64,000 bases of DNA, taken from Albugo candida (taxonomy: Eukaryota). The notes beneath the pieces were generated by a model that saw only the letters and a program-made list of their open reading frames with translations, did not search any database and was not told where the DNA came from. The stretch covers positions 310,001-374,000 of the forward strand of contig JBDOQK010000022.1 of assembly GCA_040437565.1 (NCBI GenBank). Reading direction: 5' to 3'. Position 1 is the first letter of the stretch; each line of letters begins with the position of its first letter. The position numbers and the translations under genes were made by a program. Below are positions 50,049-63,348 of this stretch, one piece after another.

Positions 50049-51899
50049 CTATTCAAGCATATTCGCGTTTAAAAGCTTCTTTTCATAGAAGTGCCAGTAT
50101 TCCCTCCCATTCTGCTTGCCTCCATCTTTTTGTGCATCTTGATCCTCATCCTTACCTTGACTTTGCTTGCTTTCAATATTAGAATTCTTCGATCTTTGTC
50201 CTTCACTTGAACTACCGTCACTTCGATCATTTCTATCGTTTGCCGCAAAAGAGCGACTTCGTTTTTTTTCCGTCAAATGATCTCGATCTGCCACTGAATT
50301 CGAAGATATCGTTCTAAGCAAAGAGATATCCAAATCTTCTTTCAAGACCATTGCTAAGTATCCACACTCCGCGAGACATTCATATTCTTGTGGAACACCA
50401 ACCATCCAGAAGTTAAGAGTGACAAATCGATCAATGATCAAAACATCCAACCGGGAAGTAAGGCAAGTATAGCAGTCTACACTAGCTTTTTCATAGAGTA
50501 CCAGACTGACAGGATGTTTCTTTGAAGATGCCAGCAGTCCGTTTCTACCACGAAGCCCAAGCCGTGGTAGGCCAGAATAGAAACAAAATTCGTCTGGAAC
50601 ATTGATTATTTTCTTGCATAACTTCCGCGTCGACTCAGATCCATGAGATATGCAACTCGAGACGGACAACGGCTGCAAGTGCATTTCCATTGAGATCAAC
50701 AAATCAATGTGCGACAGTCTTCCTGAAGCATATCCAGCTTTCTTCTCCACACAACTCTGGCATAATTCGCGATCCTCCATGTTGTGCTCTACCCGCATAC
50801 AGTTGGAAATCTTTGGCTTATTTGATATCGCCTGGATGAGTTGATTTCTTCTGGATAATTCCATTTCCATATTGTAGTAGATTGTCCCTTTGGGATTTGA
50901 AGTGTCCACACTTCTATCAGAAGCTGTTATACATTTTGATTTTCGTTCCGCAATTATCAATCGACAAAGCTGTTTACATTGTTCCGAGAAATTTGGACCT
51001 CGTTTCGATATCACAAAAATGTACTGCTCACTCTTTTCAGCTTCTTGTCCGTCTGACGCATGCTCGATGGTACTATGATCGAACAATACTACCATTCCGG
51101 ATGATTCACGCGCTATACAGCCAAGACAATTCGTTCGTAGATCATGGGGCGCGGAAGTTTGATAGCATAGCGGTGGCCATTTCACACTCTCATATATCCA
51201 TTTAGTCGTGTCTAAAAATCCATCCTGAACTGCAGAAGCATTCGGCTTTACCACCGTATCGTAAATAGGTGGTATGAAGCGAACCTTAATTAATTTTCTG
51301 ACAAGAGAGTCACACAGATCACCGCCAAATTCACGATTAGGACCAGTGCAGATGCCCGACAACTTACATGGCTTGAAAACTTTCCATTGACGTGTGTATA
51401 ACACATGCAGATAACGCCGTTGTTCCTTGTTGGTTACCAGGTAAAATTTTTGCATGCTCGGAGAGCCACTTGTCATTTTGAGACAGCTACCGCAATCAAA
51501 ACTCTCTGTCGAATCCGTGAGAACGCATAACCGTTTCAACCCGTGTTCATCGACATGCAAGGAATCCAATAAAGACACTGCGGTGTTTATTGGCTCAGAA
51601 CCTGTTATTGTCATGGAACCGCACGCAACATCATTCTGACAGTCTACTCTGGCTCGCAGAAAGGAAGAAGAACAACCAGACGCTTGGAATTTTACTCTGT
51701 CACGCGGTCGATTAGAGTTATGCACAAAGCTTGGTGCAAAGGAAAGACGATTTACTCCGGCAATATCTGTTAGACAGGATTGGCACTTGCCTAGATCACT
51801 TGTAGGAGGTAGTTTGACGGTGATAGTGATTGGTTGCGTGGCATCAACAATATCCATAGACCAGACACCACAGAACAGAAGCCAGTGCTGATGCAGCAT
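50049..51899 (-). CDS. CCG-class secreted cysteine-rich effector candidate, copy E (intact, 616 aa from conserved Met)
   Basis: Long ORF with conserved start MLHQHWLLFCGVWSMDIVDA at 51899 (an upstream in-frame ATG lies at 51923). Motifs CQSCLTDIAG, CGSCLKMTSG, CLGCIARESSG, CQSCVEKKAG and CYTCLTSRLD, then a charged low-complexity tail. Confidence 0.9.
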   Translation of the reverse strand: MLHQHWLLFCGVWSMDIVDATQPITITVKLPPTSDLGKCQSCLTDIAGVNRLSFAPSFVHNSNRPRDRVKFQASGCSSSFLRARVDCQNDVACGSMTITGSEPINTAVSLLDSLHVDEHGLKRLCVLTDSTESFDCGSCLKMTSGSPSMQKFYLVTNKEQRRYLHVLYTRQWKVFKPCKLSGICTGPNREFGGDLCDSLVRKLIKVRFIPPIYDTVVKPNASAVQDGFLDTTKWIYESVKWPPLCYQTSAPHDLRTNCLGCIARESSGMVVLFDHSTIEHASDGQEAEKSEQYIFVISKRGPNFSEQCKQLCRLIIAERKSKCITASDRSVDTSNPKGTIYYNMEMELSRRNQLIQAISNKPKISNCMRVEHNMEDRELCQSCVEKKAGYASGRLSHIDLLISMEMHLQPLSVSSCISHGSESTRKLCKKIINVPDEFCFYSGLPRLGLRGRNGLLASSKKHPVSLVLYEKASVDCYTCLTSRLDVLIIDRFVTLNFWMVGVPQEYECLAECGYLAMVLKEDLDISLLRTISSNSVADRDHLTEKKRSRSFAANDRNDRSDGSSSEGQRSKNSNIESKQSQGKDEDQDAQKDGGKQNGREYWHFYEKKLLNANMLE

Positions 51900-53381
51900 G
51901 ACCAGTGGAAGTGAGAAATGCATTGTTCCGATGTCTAAACTTATCACTCTCCCCGTCCACTTATTTTTTATAGAAGAAAATTAGCGTACTGTAAAACCCT
52001 TACAGAGCTCTGGATCACCATTTCTGAGTTTTGAAAAGAAACACGAGTGGTCGTTTGTACAGCACAAGAATGACGAATTTCAACCATTGAAATTATGAGA
52101 AAAAGCGCTTATATACTGTATTGTCAGTTTGCAAGAAAACAGCAATTTGCGCTTTGTCGCCTGCTTTCTACATTGACAACATTTAAATTTGCTTCATTTT
52201 GCATCCGTTAAGTTGGGTATTGTGTCTACACGCATGGATCAAGTAGACCAACAAAGAACGATTGGGGATTGGTCACCTTTTTTTGTATTGTCATGCGATT
52301 GCTGTGTAAAACATTATCCAACATCACTCTCTGTCATTTACTACATCTTCCAGCAATTGTGATGCTTTCAGCACCGCTTACTGCTCATTCAGAAGACTAC
52401 ATTCATTCGAAGAAGTCTGAGAAATCATCGTTTAATGCTCCCATATTTCTGTAAATGGGAAAGCCATCATAACCTTCGTTCATCCATTTGGAAGCAAGAA
52501 TACAGGTGCAAGGTACATATCGAGCACCGTGGATATCAATATAAAGATAACTTACTGATTCCACTATCACGGCAGAAGAAGACACAACCGAGGAGTTCAT
52601 ATCGGATTATGACAGACACCAATCATCACATGTCGTATCTATAGTGCTCAGAAAAGCCTTGAAGCGCCAGGAGTCTCACTTATAAATACTTGCTTCAATA
52701 AGGCTTCGGTAATCATTGTTGAGTGAAGTAAAATTAAGCTCGGAAGCAAAGGTGATGATGAGAAAGCCGTGCTTCTATAGGAATGCGTTCGATGAGGCCA
52801 AAACTGACATTCACTAAGATAGTGGTATCGACAGTGGGTATGAGCGTTTCTGATGATGACTTCTTTGCATGAAATTAGCTACATCAAGAATCATACAACG
52901 TAGGAAAATGTAGGAGATTACATTACTAAAGGCGAACTCGTGTATGCGAACGTCGGTTGGGATCTTCCTCATGCATGCTACGATGCAAAGGTTTCAAAAA
53001 GGCAAGTGCCTAGTTGAGTGTAACCCCAGGAGTATTCAAAGATGTCAAACCCGTCTCAAAATAGGCGAAATAATTTTTTACGAACATACTGCTGCGCTTA
53101 AGCATTTGACGAAAGCGAAGCAAGTATCTTTACACAATGTTCCTGACTACAACTCTTTTTGTCTTGAATATCATATTTCCCTGACTTTTTCAGCACATTT
53201 TATTTCAAAAGAACGCGTTTCTAAGGCAAGCATAGCAACCTGGAGCAGGACTTACTGGATTTCCCATAATGACAGCATGTTCGAAATTTGGTTGTTCTTT
53301 AGAGCAGAGCAACCATTACGCTCAAAAAGGATTAGAGTGAAATGCTTGGACAACTTGACCAAGTAGTACAGATGAGCTAAT

Positions 53382-53440
53382 GGTGTCTAAATTAGTAGAA
53401 CTAGACTAACCGACTTCTCTATATTCCTATGCTAGCTTAG
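53382..53440 (-). mobile_element. LINE 3'-end fragment in reverse orientation
   Basis: Reverse complement TAGAGAAGTCGGTTAGTCTAGTTCTACTAATTTAGACACC matches the TSD-defined LINE 3' end at 46338-46380. Confidence 0.6.
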
Positions 53441-53527
53441 ATATTAAATATAAATACAAAACACTGCATAAAGAAGTGCCTATGGGAGAAGACAAGCTGC
53501 CCTCCCTCTGATATCGCTGTACTGAGC

Positions 53528-56500
53528 TCTCAATTTGCCGGCTAATACATAATCAACCAATTTAGCAGAAACACTTCGAGAGACATCCTTTTCAACCTCT
53601 TTCGACCTTTTACCCTCCAACGGAGTGGTTCAAGTCGACATGTCGACACAGCTCCCGACTACCGTTCACTTGTAGTGAGTGTCAACGCTTGTGAGTCACC
53701 CGGCCTTAGGTGACTGTGTAGTGACATGGAAAGTGTCCTCTACCCCTGTGTGACGGCCCAGGGTAGTAAAGGTGGTACATATGGTACGCTCACTGACTCG
53801 TCGCAAGGCAATGCCAACGAAATCGCAAGTGTGGAAGAATCCAACCATCCCACTTTGACAGATATTTCAGGTCCCAGAAGTCCTTTCGCAAGAACAAGTA
53901 TCAAATTAGAGCACAATACTGCGTGGAGCTCCCAAAATCAAGATCTTTAGATGTTGCTGCAATATGTGAACTTTATGCTGGAGAGTATCCGTATTGGTCA
54001 GTTTGGCCGCCAAAACCGAGGCCGCAAGGCATTTCAAATCGCGGAAACAATTTTTCAATGCTTTTGGAAACGGGGCGGGCATTGACTCGCATTACCATTT
54101 GCAAACTAGTGACATCAATCCTCCATGATGACGCCAGCCCGGCGTTTGAGTCTCTCCTGATGGTCGTCAGATTGGACAGTCTTTAATTTCCACGGGGGAT
54201 GTCCGTGTGATGGTTACGTCCAAGGACACATGTGATAAACTGCAGTGCCGGTGAGGCACCAATCTAGGTGAAAAGTATTCATTTAAATAATACGACACCT
54301 CAGTATGTCAATACTATGGGGGTGTTTTCGGTGTTGGTCTTGAGGTCGAAAGGAAGGGTATGTTGAGCTCGAAAAGAAGTGTAATGTACTTCTTGATACC
54401 TTTCGAGAGTGTATTCTTCCGAAGGAGTGGTTATGTTGACGTGGTGAATTTTCTTCGCGTCCTTCACGTGCCCATAAGCATGTTTGTGTGCTGAGAAGAT
54501 ATGCGAGAAAACCATATTCAGCAAACGAGTCCACCTGGTTCGGGAATAATGCTCCTGTTCAGACGGAGCTACAACATTTCGGTTAATGTGGGCCGTACAG
54601 CTTTGATTTGGGAGCCTCTGTTACTACCGTGACTGCAGATCCAAAACCAAAGAAGAAAACAACAGAACGGCTTCTGTCGGAGCCTCGAAGACCATGGATG
54701 GCTTGATTCCGATTCAAAAAAACGTGACAACAATTGTCTAACGGAAACTATACGATTACATCTCGTTGAAATCGAAGTCTCCTCCGGATATCAAACAACC
54801 GGGAACACCGACTATCTCTTCCAATACTATATCTAGAGAACAGCCTATCTCTACAATGCTTAACGCAACCGGTAGAGCGGGATGGGGATACCAAAATGCA
54901 GTTGCTTCGTCACGCGGAAACATCACCGTGTGGATTCATTCCGACATGGTGTCGAAAGCAAGGCCTAGTGCTCTACATGGTTTGGATGTCACGAGTTGCT
55001 TCTCGGTACTCGCGACAATGGAGGTGGAGAAAAAGAAATTCGAAGCAGTTGACAACCCGGACCATGGAACACGCTTTCAAACTAATCCCATAAAAACACG
55101 AATGGTAGAAGAAGTCGCCAATTCAAAAGAGGCTGACCATTTCTGTTCGCAAACGACACAAGAAGGTTTGAAAAACGGAGTGAGCAACCAGACTTGACGA
55201 GGTAAGAGAGCTAATGGAAATTGATTTCAAAAATTTCATTCATGCAATCAGAACGGACAAATTGNNNNNNNNNNNNNNNNNNNNNNNNNNNNNNNNNNNN
55301 NNNNNNNNNNNNNNNNNNNNNNNNNNNNNNNNNNNNNNNNNNNNNNNNNNNNNNNNNNNNNNNNAAGCAAGGCCTAGTGCTCTACATGGTTTGGATGTCA
55401 CGAGTTGCTTCTCGGTACTCGCGACAATGGAGGTGGAGAAAAAGAAATTCGAAGCAGTTGACAACCCGGACCATGGAACACGCTTTCAAACTAATCCCAT
55501 AAAAACACGAATGGTAGAAGAAGTCGCCAATTCAAAAGAGGCTGACCATTTCTGTTCGCAAACGACACAAGAAGGTTTGAAAAACGGAGTGAGCAACCAG
55601 ACTTGACGAGGTAAGAGAGCTAATGGAAATTGATTTCAAAAATTTCATTCATGCAATCAGAACGGACAAATTGGTCCCAACGGAGCACACAAGTCGAACA
55701 TTTGCGCAGGCTGATTCAGTTAGGCACGAATCCAGACAGAATATTCGAGAAAAACTGTCAGCAGATCGCTATGAATGGTGTGCTACTTGCCTGTATGGAG
55801 TCCAATGACAAAGCATTGGACGATGTTGCGCATCTGCTGGTCAATCGAGTCGTCGCTACATAGGATTTGAATGAAGGTGTAACGTTTGTGACACTATGGA
55901 GTCGACATGCTGATGGGAAAGTTCCATCGAAACGTAATGTGATGTTTCAGAGAAATCGCCAATTGGTGGAGGGCGTTGCCGAAAATGGTTCTCGGCTTGT
56001 CAAGAATAATGAAAGCTCTAGCTATGATGAAACTCCTACTCGCGTGCACTGCCCCCACTCTTTCCAGAAATGACGATTGGATTCAATATCTCACTGATTG
56101 GCCAGTGATTTGGATTCCGAGCCATAACTGCCGATTATTGCCAACCAATGTCATATTATCGTAACCACGCTAAGAGGTAGGCATCAAGTTTTAGTTGCAC
56201 TCGTTTGGAGTTAAATGGCAATGGGTTCTCTGTAGTGATATCAACGAGCTCTCCCTCAAAACTTACTTTTTCCCGGAAGAATAAGCAACACTACACCTTT
56301 CAATTCAACATGGTGACCAGAAGTTGACTACTGGTCCACTTCGACGTGAATGCTAAGGGCTCCACGATTATTTTAGCGTGGAACAATATCCGAGCACTCA
56401 AGGTGGATGTCAATGAGTCATAAAATGGTCTCCTTTTATGTATCACGTCTTATGAGAGCACTCCATTTGTTTTGTACAAGAAACCAACTTTTACGATCAC

Positions 56501-58250
56501 AACGAACTGGAATCATTTTAGTTTTTATTGCATGTACATGTACATCACAAATGTTGCTCAATGACCACAAGAGTGCTTTTCTACACCCAGCTCAAAATCG
56601 CAGTGCTGGTGTTATGACAGTCCTTCGTTCCAAATTTTCTCGGTTGTAAAAAGGCTATAGAACTCACCGAACGAAGCGTTCGAAATCGCTATTTGATTTA
56701 TGGTCTTATGCTACGGTGTATATTCACATTGTATATGCAACAGTCAGGGCCCAGGAAAGCGTTCTTTTCTTTGATTTATTGCTTTCCAACACTCAATACA
56801 TCTCGTCTTTGATGATTTTGAAACCCCACTAGATCCATCTATTGATCTTTCGAGTGGTGCAACATCTTGCCATAAACCAAGTCGATTAACTTGTTTTGAA
56901 TGGCTTTCGCCGTTGGGTGTGGTAGACGCCTGGCGAATCCAACATCCGACTGAGAAAGTATCGATGTCGGAACAGCTATTTCATATGCTATACAAAACCC
57001 TCTGCATATTTTATGTGGGAGATTATCTGGCACAAATTGTAATTTCTGCAAATCCAACTCAATTTCCGGAGGGAGGATAATAAAAAACTTTTCTTTGTAA
57101 CTATTTCAATATACTTCAGTTGTCGAAGCAATCGTATCAGAAGCGAATAACGTGCTCGGACAATTGCGGACAACTTTGGATCCCGAAAAAATTGGGATAG
57201 TTGCAAGAAGCAAATCAAATAACAGATTCAAGGAATTGAGAAAAAGATCTTATAAGATAGCCGACAAGATGTTGAGTCTAGCCAGCGTGTTGTGGAAGCC
57301 GTAGCATCTCGATATCGCACTCACGACAGTAATCAGTCACGGCGTTTTTACGAATCGAGTCTGGGACAATTTAGAATTTCGGTCGAAATCAATGCCAATA
57401 CAACCAACATGAAAGCTTTTATCATCACGTCACGCATATGGAGAACTATGATAAAAATTCTTTTCGCTCTCCGGATAGCTCTTGTCGCCGTGTGCGGACT
57501 GAAAAAATGTGACGAAAAAATATGGCACCGTGCCATCAAACCCAAGGGAAATTATTGACGAATTCAATATCATTAGGGTGCATTTATTAGACATCTCTAT
57601 AGCTCCGATAACGACTCAGCTCATCCATGCGAAACAAATAAAAATAAGCAACTTTATTCGATTTAGGTTTCCCTTGCGTCAGAATAGTGACCGTCTCTCA
57701 ACTCACTCGATTACGACCGAGATGGCGGCATCGATCAAGCACATGGGAAGGCGTTCTTCTACAGGTATGAATGGACTGCCAGCTGCATTTTATCAGCTTG
57801 ATCCGGAAAGGTTTGTTGAGTGTCTATAAATATCTTGTTTTGGAAGAGGTATCTTACTTCAATCACAACGCAACTCAGCTATCAACTTCTTATGCAAAAA
57901 GGATCGCGAGGTGAAGAGTTTCAGTCAAAAAAATCTGGCAGGTTCATTAAACCACTGGAGTACCATTAAAGGAAAAAATAAACCATTTTAAAGACTTACT
58001 AGGATGATGGTTCCTTCTTGTATAGACAACAAGGTTTCAGTTTGTATCAGTATCACTGTAAACATGAATTTATTTTTGAGCCATAAGGGTATCCCAGAGT
58101 ACCGAAGTTCAACTTTGTCAAATTGCAGCACTTGTCGATACATTTGGTAGCATTAATCCACGATATTGCTAGAGCGATAAATATCCGGGGCGATGTATCA
58201 GCCGTACGGGATGACCCCGTGCCTATATTTCTGCAATTGTGCACACGCAG
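53528..58250 (+). mobile_element. Degenerate L1/Tx1-like LINE (ORF1, APE endonuclease, RT remnants)
   Basis: Family 5' end TCTCAATTTGCCGGCT. APE-like VYIHIVYA, LVFDDFETPLD and VVDAWRIQHP at 56716-56950; RT-proximal SSTGMNGLPAAFYQ at ~57750-57800. The 3' boundary is approximate. Confidence 0.8.
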
Positions 58251-61200
58251 AGGTAGCCGATGTGATAGAAAAAATGCGATAAATTGAAAACTATATCCAG
58301 ACTAGAATAGCAGGTCTGGCATCGTGTTAACTTCGATGCTTGATTCCGATGAAGATAGAAGAAAGTCTAGATCAAGTTCCATCACCGTAACACGCATCTT
58401 CGAAGGGGGAATGACGTAGGATAGACAAGTATTGCTTCGATTTTTACAGATATTCAAGATCGACTAGTTTGTGCATTCCTTTGTTCGATGTAACCAATTT
58501 CATTCGTGCGAGAAATCACGGCATCAAACTTACGTATCAGATGACGACGATAAAAATCCTATTGGAACTGAAGAAAGATGCAAGCATCTTAATAAAGATG
58601 TGCTTATATTATCGAGTAGTTAGATAAAACATGTACAGAGTACGCCGGAAGAAGCTCTCCTTGCAAACATTGCAATGAGATTACAAGTTTGGATGTTTCC
58701 CAGAGAACTCTTCAAGTTCATCAAATATGATGTAATCAACAACGATCCGTTCAGCTGCATTTGTCTGATACCGACCCGTTAGCAGACTCGATGAAAGCCG
58801 TATATTTCTTGCTAAAATGGTTTCTAACTCTGCCTGTTTTCCTGATATATATTTTCAGACCAAGAAACTGATTATAAAAGGATTCCTTTCGTCAATTCAG
58901 TGGGCACTTGGATCACTCCATCACTTTATCAGCCAATACATCATGCGCGCATATATACTGGCTGAACGAGCGAAGAGAAAGGTACTTAAATGTACAAGGG
59001 TACTTCCTAGAGAATATAGAACGCAGCCAGATAAGAGACCCTATATTGTATTTTAATACTGTCACCATTCACATAAGTCGATAGAACAATCCACACCGAG
59101 AGCTTCTGAGAATACGCGATCTACATTCAAACTGGAGTTTCATCTGTTTGCATCCATTGATGCGTTCATTGTGGCTACATATAGGAATCGAATAAATTAA
59201 AGATAAAGAGCAGATAAATTGAGTACGTGACTGAAGTAGTGCGATTCAAGTGAAGGAGTACAAGGAGTACAATGATTATAAAATGAACGTAACAAGCTGT
59301 TGAGCATCTATGCCACAAGCAGAGAAGTATTGTTCACGTCATCTCCACACAAGAATCCTAGCTTTTTGAAAGCCTATTTTGATGAGTTTCATCTCGCCGA
59401 TGACCAGTATATTCGATTTGATCTGAACAGAGCGGCATTTGAAAATCTATGCACATGATTTACTACTAGTGTAGCAATTCATCCATTTCTTGTGTTTCCT
59501 TAGTTTTTCTCCAATGCTTTCTATATCACTACTCTCTTCTCTGAACATCTACATACTTTTCCCTAGACACACTACTTTGTTGCTCAAGTAACTGAACAGG
59601 CAATGACAACCTTCGCTTTCAACCGGGCTACAAATGCGTCACAACTCAAGTTCAATTATGATTCGACAAGACATGTTCTTCTTTCTGCATCTCAACTTTG
59701 ATCAAATGAATTACTACATGGCGCTCGGGTCTCTGACCACGAGTCTTTGATATTAGTTGCACTTGAAATAGGAGGACATGTCTTCGAGCTTAACGGAATG
59801 ATAGCTTTACACCCGCATCAGATATATATATCTCATTTTGTATTCGCCCCGAGATGAGATGAATTGGAAGTTCCTATAAATGACTCAAACATTTGTAGAT
59901 TTCAAGCTTCTTTCCACGGATAAGGTTCACCTTCGCGTCGACGCGTACTGATTGTGCTCCTGGATGAGGATTCATGACATATGTTTCAACAGCGGTATTT
60001 TCCAATTGATTAAATCTGTTTTTATCACGTCACAGCTTGTTAAAAAATGTCTTTTCGCGACGTCACTTCTAACGCGCGAAATGCTGTGATGTTCAAGTTG
60101 CACGTTAGGCCTTCATAATCAACTTCAAAATTACACCGCGTTTCGACTCAGAAATGCACTCATTCCATCCCACCTCTATGCATTCGCTCTTCATCTTTTT
60201 CGTCGATTTCATCATCGTCTTTTCCTCTTTGTGATAGCATCAAGGATTTGATTACAAAAAGAAATCTAAATTTAGCAGATCCTTATAGGCGTTGATGCGC
60301 TGAGGTAAGTCTTCCATCGCATATATTTCAATAGCTTTACAAGCCAATTTGGCAACGATGCTGATGTGATATGCCAGAGATATGGGTATCCTTATTTCTT
60401 TTTTATAGCTTTGAATAATACTATCTTTAACGTCGTTTATCACAATCCATTCGCTTATCTTTGTATTCATTTCTACCGGGTCAATTCCCAACGAATCAAT
60501 AATCATTATAGCGTCTACACTTAGTCTCAGTATAGGATTTCTTTATTTTCTGATCATAAGGGATGTCCTGCGCTCGTAGATCAAGACACTTCAATTATCG
60601 CTCTCAGAATCAAAACAGTATCTAAGAAAGGCTTTAGCTAACAGAGCATTCTCATGATCCTGCAGGGAACATAATAGAAAGACGAATCAGCATTCCTAGC
60701 GTTTATTTTGTTGTTCCATAAGATAGAAAGTTGCTGTGATGAAAATATTCTGTCTCTTAAACGGTAGGTAAAATGCAGCGCCACTGCAGCCAAATTTGAA
60801 TAAAGCGACGAACATGCAGAGTGTCGTGCACATCAGCATATACATCAGATATAAATGAGCAGGGAAAACGACTACCACAGTCAGACCATACTTATTGACT
60901 CAAGATTGTATGTAACATATTTTGAATCTGGCAACAGAGTATGACCAACCCAACATTGTCTCAGTTTGATAAATGTAAGAGTGGAAAGAGGCGATGAAGA
61001 ATCGGTATGGTGCAGCACGAACACGAAAAAGTCTTATCTGGCTGGGTGCGCTCCATTTTTTACTAGATCAGCTATAGCATTGTTGGAACACGTAATCAGG
61101 ATCGTCGAGCAAAACTATGCAGATGTGTGGATTCTTTCTCACAGAAAATGACTAAGAATGCGGGACACATATGCTTACATTGAGAAGAGTTGGGTAAGCG

Positions 61201-61713
61201 TTCGAGAGATTCGCAATGACGTTCGATAGCGGAAATGATACAGCGAAAATCTTTTCTATGTGATCGCGTTCAATATTTCAGAGTATTGAGATTCGTGAGA
61301 CAAAGGTTTCGGAACAGTAATGACTTGGGAACGTTTGTATTGATGGCCGCAATGGTTGGATGCAATACATCAAGGCGGGTAGATAACCAAAGATTTCGCT
61401 TTTATGTATATATGGGAGTAGTGACAGTATGATAATGTATTTCTTTTCCTTCAAATGTAGAAAGCCTCGCAATAAATTCAAAGCCAGAGTCATAGCGTAG
61501 TCAGGCATGTTACCCCTGCTAGATTTTGGGAATGGTAAAGATTGCATGGTGGTGGGTTTGTTTCTACAAAGTTTGATAATAACTCGCAGAGAACTCAATG
61601 AAGACCTAACAAAGAATCCAAGCTGATCTATAGCTCTCCGGATTTCTAGAAGCCTAGTCAAACATACTCGCTTTAGCAGGAGTCCATTTCATGCGGAAGC
61701 GACTAGCTTTGCA

Positions 61714-63348
61714 TCATGCGAACCTTCTTTTAATTGAATCCGAAGACATCGGTCGAATCATTGAGATATCCAACACTTGCCCACCATCCATTTCTAAAGT
61801 TCCACACCTTTTCTGACAAGTAGATTCTTCTGGAAAACCTACCATCCAAAATAACGGAGGTGTACAAAGGTAAGTTCAAATTGAAATTTATCAATGGTAG
61901 AGCATAATTGACGCAAATCTGTGATTATAATATCCAACCTTGAGGTCAAGCAAGTAAAGCATGCTATGTTGGGAGTTACCGGGCGTCCTGTAGTGACTAA
62001 ATGTCTGATATTTGGAAATGAGGGCGCCATGCTATCATATATACGCCTGGAAGATGGCATATGAAAAGAGTGACAAAATTGGTTTGGAATAAAAGTCACT
62101 TTCTTGCAAAGCTTCGCCCCTAACTCTGATCCAAATGAAATGCATCCAGACATGGTGTACAAGGCTTTTTCCGAAAAAAACAAAAAATCAATGCTTGAAA
62201 GGATTCTCGCATCATTTTAAGATACACGCTCCAAGCAAACCTTACACCACTCGCGCTTTCCCAGCTCATGTTCTACCCACATACAACTTGAAGTTTGCGG
62301 TATAAGCATTGTTTCCTGGACGGCTTCTTTCTTCTTGAGATCTCTTTGTACCATATTGTAGTAGATCTTGCCTTGGAGAGGTGAAATTCCAGTACTATTT
62401 CTAAAAGAGGTTTATACACCATTTTTTTGGGTGAAAAGCGATCTGTCCGCAAGTATGTGCACACTGATAAATCTTGTGTGCCTCCTTCACGATATCCTTC
62501 ATAGCCATACTCGATGGTGGATAGAGAAGCCACTATTGCCATTCCAGATGAAACATAAGACATACAAGCAAGCCATTCTCTTCTTTGTTCGTGACTTGTG
62601 AATAACTGGATGCATTGTGGCGTCCATTTCAAAGTCCGATGAATAGCTGTTACTGCAGAAGCCAATTGATGGGGACCTGTATAGTCAACCGAATTGGGAA
62701 CAATGATATGGTCTAACGAATACAAAAAAGGCGAGGATAGTTTTTCGACCAGATAATCACAATATTCAGCACCAAATTCGAATATAATTCCACTGCATAG
62801 ACCTGAAAATGAACAAGGCTCGAAAATGTTGCGGCGATGTGTGTGAAGTACATGCAAATAGTGTTCCTTGTCACCATTGTAATGAGTTGTAATTTCTGTA
62901 TGCCTTCGGAGCCGCTCGTCATTCTGAGACAGATGCCGCAATCAAAACTCGTTTGCACACTTGTGAGAATGCACAGCGGCTTCAGCTGTCGATTTACTGC
63001 AACTCCTAGATTCGATGAAGATGGCAGGGACTCCACATGCTCAAGAATCGTCACTGTGACGGAGCCTCATTTAGTTTCATGCCGACAGTCAACTTTTGCG
63101 CTCACAAAAGAACACGCCTGACCAGATGCTTGGAATTTTGCTGTGGTAAACTGCGAAGTCGAGTCGTGCGTAGAGATAGACGTCAGTGAAAGACGATCCA
63201 GTCCGGCAATATCTACCAGGCAGGACTGGCACTGGCTTAGGTAACTTTTGTAAGTGAATTTTATGGTGATTATTCCTCGCTGGTTGGCCGCAGTAACCGT
63301 GTCTAGAAGCCATAGAAATGAGAATAGAAGCCAATGTTGATGCACCAT
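61714..63348 (-). pseudogene. CCG effector pseudogene, copy F
   Basis: ATG at 63348 (MVHQHWLLFSFLWLLDTVTAA), then CQSCLVDIAG. The conserved Cys of KCGS is replaced by TGA at 63067-63069, with a frameshift at ~62880 and more downstream. Homology continues through CFTCLTSRLD to ISMIRPMSSDSIKRRFA*. Confidence 0.88.

Noticed and set aside
54956-55673. Duplicated ORFs (ARPSALHGLDV...)
   Set aside because: Gap-flanking duplication inside a decayed LINE; the same applies to 4163-4682 and 32283-32620.
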